Assembly (NCBI RefSeq): GCF_001598795.1
Contig: NZ_BCZP01000020.1
Span: 60,001-92,000, forward strand
Direction: 5' to 3'
From: Delftia acidovorans NBRC 14950
Lineage (GTDB): Bacteria > Pseudomonadota > Gammaproteobacteria > Burkholderiales > Burkholderiaceae_C
Length of the DNA stretch: 32,000 nt
In this document: positions 18,455 to 25,900 of the stretch, one piece after another
Position numbering within the stretch: the stretch's first letter is position 1
Layout of the letters: every line of letters starts with the position of its first letter
The notes under the pieces: generated by a model
Database searches by the model: none
Seen by the model: the letters and a program-made list of their open reading frames with translations, nothing else
Told to the model about the DNA's origin: nothing
Made by a program: the position numbers and the translations under genes

Positions 18455-20026
18455 TCAGTCCAGCCTTTGCGCCAGGCAGTCCTGCGCCGCCATGGCCACG
18501 CGCGGCAGCACCAGTGAGACCGCCAGGCAGCGGCCATGCTCACCCTCGGCCCGCACCACGCCACCGCGCTCCAGGCACAGGCGGCGCGCCAGGCTCAGGC
18601 CGCAGGTGGCGTCCGCATCGGCATCGTTCAATGGAGTGAAGACAGGCGGCGGGTCCTGCCTTTCCACACTTTCCAGCCGTGGCGCGCCCGCCTCGCCAGT
18701 ACCGGAGCCGGTGCTGGCGGCGCCCGCCCCGTGGGCCAGGGCCTCGATGCGGATCTCCACCAGCGCATTCCCGCGAGAAGCTGCGGCCTGGTCCTCGGGC
18801 AGGGGCCGGGCGGCCATGTGCACCTGCGCGCCATCGGTCATCGCTTCGCGGATGGCAAGAAAAATACTGATCAGCGCCAGCTCCAGCTCATCCGGGTCCA
18901 CATGCACGCCCAATCGCGGCGCCGGCTGGCCGGGCTGACTGGCCTCGGCAGGCTCCGCCACCTCCATCGCCATGCGCTTGCCCAGCACCACGGCCAGCGT
19001 GCCCTGCAGGCCGGGCAGCCAGCGGTACAGGTCCACCACCAGCGCATGCGTGCAATGGCGCGCCCCAAAACGCAGCAGTTGCTGCGTGAGGCGGCTGGCC
19101 GTGTCCACCGAGCGCAGCATGGCCTGGGCGGGCAGGCGCAGGCCCGGGTCCTCGGAGCGCCGCTCTATCAGATAGGCGCTGTTGCTCAGAATGCCCAGCT
19201 GGTTGTTGAACTCATGGGAAAACCGGCCTGCCAGCCGCCCCACCACCTGCAGGCGTTCGCTCTGGAGACGGGCAGCGGCCTCTTCGAGGCCGGCAGCGTC
19301 CACCGCAGCGCCATCGGGCCGGCCGGCATCACCGCCGCCCTGGCCCTGGCCATGGTCTTGCGCATTGCCGCCCATTGCCGGCAACACCAGGGCCGCGCTG
19401 CCCCGCAGCGCCAGCCGCGCCAATCCCAGGCCCGCCACCGCAAACAAAACGATGGCCACCCAGATCACCCCCTTCAGGGGCCGGGAGCATGCGGGGTCCA
19501 GCGCAGAACAGGGGACCCAGCTCACCCAGGTCCAGCCCTGGGCGGACTTGCTGAAGAAGGCCCGCAGCGGCCCGCCCTGCGCATCTGGCAGATCCAGCCA
19601 GCCCTGCGAAGCGTCCTGCCCTGCGCCCTGCCCTGCGCTTTGCTCTGCGCCTTGCCCCGCACTTTTCACGCCGGGCGCAGCCTGCGCCAGGCTGGCCGCC
19701 AGCCGTTCGCTGAAATCGGCGGGCAAGGCAGGCAGGTCGGCTGCCGCGCCGGGCCCGGCCGGCAGGGCGCGGCCTGTGCTGTCCACCAGAAAGCCGGGCC
19801 AGCCGGAGTCCAGCAAGGGCCGCAAGGCCGCCAGCACCTGGTCGGCGCCGGCCGTGCGCGGCTCCTTGTCCAGCAAATGGGCCACGGCCATGCTGCTGAC
19901 GCGCGCGGCCTGCTCCTGCGCCGCATGCTCGGATTGGTAGGCGCGCAACAGCAGCCAGGACGAGGCCGCCAGTACAAAGACCAGCAAGGCCAGCAGCAGC
20001 AGGACCAACCTCAGGCGTATGGACAT
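18455..20026 (-). CDS. Membrane sensor histidine kinase with intact H-box but degenerate ATP-binding (N/G1) motifs
   Basis: Start MSIRLRLVLLLLALLVFVLAA (first TM) and a second TM (VIWVAIVLFAVAGLGLA). The H-box is FSHEFNNQLGIL. In the CA domain the N-box position reads ISIFLAIREAM (no Asn) and the G1 position reads EALAHGAG (no Asp), while the G2-like CGLSLARR is retained. The 297 codons upstream of this Met in the ORF track are antisense to rpoN. Confidence 0.85.
   Translation of the reverse strand: MSIRLRLVLLLLALLVFVLAASSWLLLRAYQSEHAAQEQAARVSSMAVAHLLDKEPRTAGADQVLAALRPLLDSGWPGFLVDSTGRALPAGPGAAADLPALPADFSERLAASLAQAAPGVKSAGQGAEQSAGQGAGQDASQGWLDLPDAQGGPLRAFFSKSAQGWTWVSWVPCSALDPACSRPLKGVIWVAIVLFAVAGLGLARLALRGSAALVLPAMGGNAQDHGQGQGGGDAGRPDGAAVDAAGLEEAAARLQSERLQVVGRLAGRFSHEFNNQLGILSNSAYLIERRSEDPGLRLPAQAMLRSVDTASRLTQQLLRFGARHCTHALVVDLYRWLPGLQGTLAVVLGKRMAMEVAEPAEASQPGQPAPRLGVHVDPDELELALISIFLAIREAMTDGAQVHMAARPLPEDQAAASRGNALVEIRIEALAHGAGAASTGSGTGEAGAPRLESVERQDPPPVFTPLNDADADATCGLSLARRLCLERGGVVRAEGEHGRCLAVSLVLPRVAMAAQDCLAQRLD
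19614..19661 (-). repeat. 4 x 12-bp in-frame tandem repeat in the periplasmic region of the histidine kinase
   Basis: The plus strand reads TCCTGCCCTGCG / CCCTGCCCTGCG / CTTTGCTCTGCG / CCTTGCCCCGCA, encoding the AGQGAEQSAGQGAGQD tract. Confidence 0.75.
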
Positions 20027-20122
20027 GGGATCTTCGGGTAGGGCATCACGCGGCGCCTCCCGTGGAACGGAATTTTGGGCCCCCGGGGGCGGGACCGTGT
20101 GGAAGCTGGTGGACTGGTACAT

Positions 20123-20167
20123 GGCAAAGTTTGCAGAAAACCTTGCGCCCAAACGGCAATTTCTGCC
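20123..20167. promoter_or_regulatory. Two GGCA-N5-TGCC/TGCA dyads 32 bp apart in the HK/rpoN divergent spacer (candidate enhancer/UAS)
   Basis: GGCA AAGTT TGCA (20123-20135) and GGCA ATTTC TGCC (20155-20167). The centres are about three helical turns apart and lie 145-190 bp upstream of the -24/-12 motif at 20310. Confidence 0.35.
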
Positions 20168-20309
20168 GTGGACGCCATGACCGGCCCCGCTGTTCCAGAA
20201 CCGATCCCCCGCAGCGGCGGCAAAACCCTGGGCCCCGTGCCGCCTGCGCAGGGAGACCACAGCAGGTTTCGTGCCCAAAGTGTATCCAGACGATTCGCCG
20301 CCCGCATGG

Positions 20310-20325
20310 CGGCATGGAGCTTGCG
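20310..20325 (+). promoter_or_regulatory. Sigma-54 type -24/-12 promoter motif (CGGCATGGAGCTTGCG) in front of rpoN itself
   Basis: GG at 20311-20312 and GC at 20323-20324. The GGCATGG-N-GCTTGC core is nearly identical to the 14341 site. It lies 31 nt upstream of ATG 20355. Confidence 0.5.
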
Positions 20326-20354
20326 TCTTCGGGTCATCGCACCAAGGAGATGAA

Positions 20355-21917
20355 ATGGGTTCCATGCACCTCAGGGCGGACATACGCCAGTCCCAGACGC
20401 TTTCTCCCCGCCTGCAGCTTGCAGTGCGGATGCTGCAGATGTCCTCGCTGGACTTTGCCGCCGTGGTGCGCAGCAAGCTGGAGGACAACCCGTTCCTGGA
20501 AGACCCGCAAGATGCGCAGGACGGCGAGTACGAACAGGGGCTGCTCGACGGCAAGGAGCTGGGTGAAGAGGACCGGGAAGGCGGCATGGGCAGGCTGGCC
20601 CCGGAGGCAGGCCTGGCCCCGGACACGGGCATGGATGACGGCATCGGCATGGGCATCGGTCTGGACATGGACCGCGATCTCCCCGGCATGCAGCACCCGC
20701 CCGACCCGGCCGACCACCTGCCCGGCCCCGCCACCGAACCCGCCGACGACCGCGACCTGTGGCTGGCCGACATGCATACCGGCGCGCGCCAGGGGGTGGA
20801 TGGAGAAGGCACCGCCATGGATCTGGCGGCCTGCGAGACCACGCTGGCCATGCACCTGCACGGCCAGCTCAATGTGATGACGATGACGCCGCGCGACCTG
20901 TGCATGGCCCGCGCCATCGTGGAGTCGCTGGACGACGACGGCTATCTGCGCACCGACCTGCAGGAGCTGGCCGGCCTGCTGGCCCTCACCCCCGCACCTG
21001 ACGCGCAGGAAATGCTCATTGCCCTGCGCCTGGTGCAATCGCTGGACCCGGCCGGCGTGGCCGCCCGCAGCGTGGGCGAATGCCTGTTGCTGCAATGCCC
21101 GCAGATCGGCGATGCCCACCTGCGCCAGCTGGCCCAGGCCATGGTGCAGGACCACATGGATGCGCTGGCCGCCCGCGACGTGCCCCGGCTGGCCCGGGCG
21201 CTGCAGGTGCCACCCGCGCAGATCACGCAGGCGCTGGACTGCATACGTCGGCTGAACCCCAGGCCGGGCTGGAACTTCGGCTCCTCCCACGTGGACTACA
21301 TCGTTCCCGACGTGATCGTGCGCCGGGGCCAGAACGGCTGGGACGTGCACCTCAACCCCGCGGTCGTGCCGCGCGTGCGCCTGAACCGCGTCTACGAGCA
21401 GCTGTTTCAGCGCCACCGCCGCAGCGGCCAGAACCAACTGGCCGACCACCTGCAGGATGCGCGCTGGACGGTGCGCAACGTGGAGCAGCGCTTTTCCACC
21501 ATCCTCGACGTGGCGCAGGCCATCGTGCGCAAGCAGCAGCTGTTCCTGGAGTTCGGCGCCATGGCCATGAAGCCGCTGGTGCTGCGCGAGATTGCCGAGG
21601 AAGTGGGCGTGCACGAGTCCACCGTCTCGCGCGTGACCAACAACAAATACATGGCCACGCCCACGGGCGTGTTCGAGCTCAAGCATTTCTTCTCGCGCCC
21701 CATGCTCAGCGCCAGCGGCAATGCCTGCTCGGCCACGGCCATCCGCGAGCTGATCGGCGACATCATCGCGGCCGAGTCCGATGCCCGGCCGCTGTCGGAT
21801 GTTGAAATCGCACGCCAGCTCGGTGCCCAGGGCCTGGTCGTGGCGCGCCGCACCGTCACCAAATACCGCCAGCTGCTGCGCATAGAACCGGCCGACCGGC
21901 GCAGGCGCCACGCCTGA
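20355..21917 (+). CDS. rpoN: RNA polymerase sigma-54 factor (RpoN), non-canonical genomic context (probable second paralogue)
   Basis: AAGGAG lies 5 nt upstream of the ATG. Region I is SQTLSPRLQLAVRMLQMSSLDF...NPFLE, followed by an acidic region II. The C-terminal HTH is EVGVHESTVSRVTNNKYMATPTGVFELKHFF and the RpoN box is ARRTVTKYRQ. Confidence 0.92.
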   Translation: MGSMHLRADIRQSQTLSPRLQLAVRMLQMSSLDFAAVVRSKLEDNPFLEDPQDAQDGEYEQGLLDGKELGEEDREGGMGRLAPEAGLAPDTGMDDGIGMGIGLDMDRDLPGMQHPPDPADHLPGPATEPADDRDLWLADMHTGARQGVDGEGTAMDLAACETTLAMHLHGQLNVMTMTPRDLCMARAIVESLDDDGYLRTDLQELAGLLALTPAPDAQEMLIALRLVQSLDPAGVAARSVGECLLLQCPQIGDAHLRQLAQAMVQDHMDALAARDVPRLARALQVPPAQITQALDCIRRLNPRPGWNFGSSHVDYIVPDVIVRRGQNGWDVHLNPAVVPRVRLNRVYEQLFQRHRRSGQNQLADHLQDARWTVRNVEQRFSTILDVAQAIVRKQQLFLEFGAMAMKPLVLREIAEEVGVHESTVSRVTNNKYMATPTGVFELKHFFSRPMLSASGNACSATAIRELIGDIIAAESDARPLSDVEIARQLGAQGLVVARRTVTKYRQLLRIEPADRRRRHA

Positions 21918-21930
21918 AACCTGGCGTGGT

Positions 21931-21948
21931 GGCAAGCGGCGTGCCTGT
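21931..21948 (+). promoter_or_regulatory. GGCAA-N5-GTGCCTGT motif (GG-N10-GC spacing) downstream of rpoN and upstream of the small-gene cluster
   Basis: GGCAAGCGGCGTGCCTGT lies about 140 nt upstream of ATG 22087 and shares GGCAA and GTGCCTGT with the 15750 site. Confidence 0.35.
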
Positions 21949-22086
21949 CCAAAAGCCTGTCCGGCCCGTCCTGCCAAGCCCCACCGCCGTGCAGCGGCTT
22001 GTCGCTCCCGCAGGGCATGCCTTGTCCGACAGTTGCAGGCCGCCGCCCGGCCTAAGGTGAAAGCTCATGGACTGAAGGAGCCCGCC

Positions 22087-22401
22087 ATGGACAACTCACC
22101 CCGCCGAATGCATGCCCCCCTCGAACGCCAGCGCAGCGAGAACAACCACATCCGCGACGGACGCTGGCCCCTGCGCATTGGCGCACTCACCGCCGCCGTC
22201 GCACTGATCCTGGTGCTGATGTTCAACTTCATGGCCCCCAAGGGCCGGCTGGATGCGCCCAGCGCCACTGGAGCGACTGGAACGCCTTCGCCCTCACCGT
22301 CTCCCGCGACACAGTCCGTGTCGCCGCCCGCGCCTTCCGCCGCGCCGCAGCAGGCTGATCCGGCCACGACGCCTGCCCCCACCTCCACGCCTGCGCGCTG
22401 A
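22087..22401 (+). CDS. Single-pass membrane protein with Pro/Ser/Thr/Ala-rich extracytoplasmic tail
   Basis: GAAGGAG lies 6 nt upstream of the ATG. There is a basic N-terminus, one TM (IGALTAAVALILVLMFNFM), then TGTPSPSPSPATQSVSPPAPSAAPQQADPATTPAPTSTPAR. Confidence 0.55.
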   Translation: MDNSPRRMHAPLERQRSENNHIRDGRWPLRIGALTAAVALILVLMFNFMAPKGRLDAPSATGATGTPSPSPSPATQSVSPPAPSAAPQQADPATTPAPTSTPAR

Positions 22402-22449
22402 GCCGGCATCCACCGCTCATCACCACACACCCCCAAAAGGACACGCACC

Positions 22450-22644
22450 ATGAATCACCCTCTGCCCCACGCACCCAATATTCCCCAGGTGCCGACCACG
22501 CCCAACGACCCAGTGGCCCCCGATGATCCCAACCGCCAGCCCGGCCGCCCGCGCGGGCCCGAGCCCATCGACCCGCCCACCACGGCGCCGCCCATCGAGC
22601 TGCCACCGTCCCCGGAGCAGGAACAGACGCGCAAGGGAGAGTGA
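22450..22644 (+). CDS. 64-aa proline-rich mini-protein
   Basis: AAAAGGA lies upstream of the ATG. The sequence is MNHPLPHAPNIPQVPTTPNDPVAPDDPNRQPGRPRGPEPIDPPTTAPPIELPPSPEQEQTRKGE, and the stop is 1 nt before the next ATG. Confidence 0.5.
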   Translation: MNHPLPHAPNIPQVPTTPNDPVAPDDPNRQPGRPRGPEPIDPPTTAPPIELPPSPEQEQTRKGE

Positions 22645-22645
22645 C

Positions 22646-22846
22646 ATGCCACAAGGTGACAAATCGGCCTATACCGATAAGCAAAAGCGCCAGGCTCGGC
22701 ATATCGAAGACAGCTACGAGTCGCGCGGCGTGGGCCACGAAGAAGCTGAAAAGCGCGCCTGGGCCACCGTGAACAGGCAAAGCGGCGGCGGCAAGCTGTC
22801 GGGCTCGGGCCGGGGCAGGCAAGCGGGCCAGTCCAAGTCAAAATAA
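22646..22846 (+). CDS. 66-aa highly charged hydrophilic protein (conserved-looking KxYTDKQKRQAxHIE...RAWATVN core, Gly/Ser/Lys tail)
   Basis: GGGAGAG SD precedes the ATG and the gene is tightly coupled to the preceding ORF. MPQGDKSAYTDKQKRQARHIEDSYESRGVGHEEAEKRAWATVNRQSGGGK resembles small stress-associated proteins I recall from other proteobacteria, but I cannot name the family with confidence. Confidence 0.65.
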   Translation: MPQGDKSAYTDKQKRQARHIEDSYESRGVGHEEAEKRAWATVNRQSGGGKLSGSGRGRQAGQSKSK

Positions 22847-22901
22847 CCGCGACTGCGGCCAGGCCCGAGACCCGAGACCCGCAATTGCCGTGGGAGAAAG
22901 T

Positions 22902-25900
22902 GTGAACTCAGAAGACAGTTTTCGATTCCTGCCGCAGCGCGGCGAAATGCCGGCACGCGTGCGTTCCCACGACTGGGCGGCCACGCCCCTGGGATCGCCG
23001 GATGGCTGGCCGCAGAACCTGCGCAATGCCGTGAGCCTGGCGCTGGGCTCGCGCTTTCCCATCACCATCTGGTGGGGCGAAGACTTCCGCCTGATCTACA
23101 ACGATGGCTATATCCCCTTCCTGGGAACCAGCAAGCACCCCCAGGCGCTGGGCCAGGCCGGCGCGCACTGCTGGAGCGAGATCTGGAGCGATATCGGCCC
23201 CATGCTGGAAGGCGTGATGCGTACCGGCGAGGCCACCTGGTCCACCGACGCCCGCTACTTCTTCGACCGCGACCTGCCCCAGGAAGAGGTCTTCGTGACC
23301 TTCACCTACGGCCCCATCCTGGCCGATGACGGCGTCACCGTGCAGGGCGTGTTCTGCCCCTGCACCGAGACCACGGAAAAAATCGTCAGCCGCAGGCGCC
23401 TGGAGACGCTGCACCGCCTGGGCATACGCACGCTGGACATGCACAACGCCAGGGACGCCGCCCAGAAAGTCTGCGCCGTGCTGGACGAGAACCCCTACGA
23501 CGTGCCCTTCGCCATCATCTACGAATGCGTGGACACCCCTGCCGCGGGCAGCGCAGGCGCCAGCGGCCCGGCCTTCAGGATGCTCTGCGCCACGGGCATG
23601 GATATGGACATGGAGCTGGCGGCCGACCCCTCGCGCTGGCCGCTGGACCGGGCCGTGCAATCCGATCCATCGGACCGAACGGACCAGGCGCATCAGGCGG
23701 CCCAGCCGGGCCAGCCCGCCAATGTGGAACTGGCGTCCTTGGGCCTGTCCCTGCCCGGCGGCCCCTGGCCCGAGGTCTCGCGTCTGGCGCGCATCGTGCC
23801 TGTGCGCTGGTCGGGCGACGGCCAGGTCTCGGGCGTGATGGTGCTGGGCGTCAGCCCGCGCCGTCCGCTGGATGTGGACTATTGCGCCTTCCTCGACATG
23901 GTGGCAAGCCACACGGGCAGCGTGGTCGCGCACGCCCAGGCCTACGAGCAGGAAGCGCGGCGCGCCAAGGCCCTGGCCGAGGTGGACCACGCCAAGACCG
24001 TGTTCTTCTCCAACGTCAGCCACGAGCTGCGCACCCCGCTGACCCTGATCCTGGGCCCGCTGGAAGATGCCCTGCGCGAGCACGGCGGCCAGGTGCCGGC
24101 CGGGCAGACGCAGATGATCCACCGCAACGCGCTGCGCCTGCAAAAACTGGTCAATGCCCTGCTGGACTTCTCGCGCATCGAGGCCGGGCGCATGCAGGCC
24201 AGCTACGAGCCCACGGACCTGGCCCGCACCACGGCCGAGCTGGCCAGCATGTTCCGCTCGGCCGTGGAGCAAGCCGGCCTGCGGCTGCGCGTGGATTGCC
24301 CGCCGCTGGACGGACCGGTCCATGTGGACCGCGACATGTACGAAAAAATCGTGCTCAACCTGTTGTCCAACGCCTTCAAGTTCACGCTGCAAGGCGAAAT
24401 CGCAGTGGCGCTGCGCGATGTGCCCGATGTGTCCGATGTGTCCGATGCGCACGGCGCGGGCGGGGCCGATGGTGCGGTGGAGCTGTCCGTCACCGACACC
24501 GGATCGGGCATTGCGCCCCAGCACCTGCCCCATCTCTTCCAGCGTTTTCACCGCATTCCCGGCAAGCCGGCCCGCACGCACGAGGGCACGGGCATCGGCC
24601 TGGCCATGGTGCAGGAGCTGGCACGACTGCATGGCGGCACCGTCACGGTCAGCAGCACGGAGGGCGAAGGCAGCCGCTTCACCGTGCGCCTGCCCAGGGG
24701 GCATGCGCATCTTCCGGCCGAGCACCGGCCCGCGCGCCCGCCTGCATCGCACCCGCAGGTGGATGAGGCCCTGCGCTGGCTGCCCGGCGAGCCCGCCCCG
24801 GCTGCCAGCGACGAAGTCAGGCCCATGCAGCGGGACATGCGCGGTACGCAGCCCCCACGCGCCCGCATCGTCTGCGCCGATGACAACGCCGACATGCGCA
24901 GCTACATCGGCCAGTTGCTGGAGCCGCTGTATGAAGTGGAGATCGTGGGCGATGGCCGCGCCGCGCTGGCCAGCATCCACCGCCAGCGGCCCGACCTGGT
25001 GCTGGCCGACGTGATGATGCCCGTGCTCGACGGCTTCGAGCTGCTGCATGCGCTGCGCAGTGACGAGACCACGCGCGCCATTCCCGTCATCATGCTGTCC
25101 GCGCGGGCCGGCCAGGAGGCCCAGGTCGAAGGCCTGCGCGCGGGCGCGGACGACTACCTGGTCAAGCCCTTTTCGGCGCGCGAGTTGCTGGCGCGCATCG
25201 CATCGCTGCTGCAGCTGGTGCGTGTGCGCGAACAGGTCCACGCCGCCGTGCAGGCCAACGAGAAAAAGCTGCGCGCCATCATCGACCAGATGCCTGCGGG
25301 CGTGGGCGTCTCCGACATGAGCGGCACCATGGTATTGAGCAATGCGCTCATGGACCGCTTCGTGCCGCGCGCCATTCCGTCCACCCTGGCGGACCGCCTG
25401 CCGCGCTGGAAGGGATGGGATGACAAGGGCCAGCCCATTGCCCCCGAGAACTGGCCCGGCAAGCGCGCGCTGCGCGGCGAAGTGGTCATGCCGGGTCTGG
25501 AGATGCTGCACACCGACGACGATGGCCGCGAATGGTGGATGCGCGTCAGCTGCGCGCCGCTGCGCGATGACGACGGCCAGCTCATAGGCACCTGCTCCGT
25601 CATACAGGACATCACCGAACTCAAACAGGCCGAGTACCACCTCAAGGAAGCCGACCGACGCAAGGACGAATTCCTGGCCACGCTGGCGCATGAGCTGCGC
25701 AATCCGCTGGCGCCCATCAGCCACGGCCTGCAAATCCTCAAGCGCACCGCCAGCGGCGACGACAGCGTGCGCCACAGCCACGAGATGCTGGAGCGCCAGG
25801 TCAACCACATGATCCGCATGGTGGACGACTTGCTGGAGGTCTCGCGCATCACCACGGGCAAGGTCCAGTTGCGCAAGGAACTGGTGGATCTGAACGATGT

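Noticed and set aside
18536-20041. 501-aa plus-strand ORF overlapping the histidine kinase.
   Set aside because: It has no motifs and a biased Arg/Gly/Gln/Ala composition. The minus-strand frame shows TM helices and an H-box, so that frame is taken as the real one.
20122-20135. TGGCAAAGTTTGCA looked like a sigma-54 promoter.
   Set aside because: Only 8 nt separate GG from GC, where the -24/-12 spacing requires 10. It is reinterpreted as a possible dyad binding site.
20027-20917. N-terminal 297 codons of the 820-aa minus-strand ORF 18455-20917.
   Set aside because: This part crosses the intergenic spacer and runs antisense to the rpoN 5' region. It is Ser/Pro/Arg-rich junk-like sequence. The kinase sequence proper begins at the Met followed by a TM helix (start 20026).
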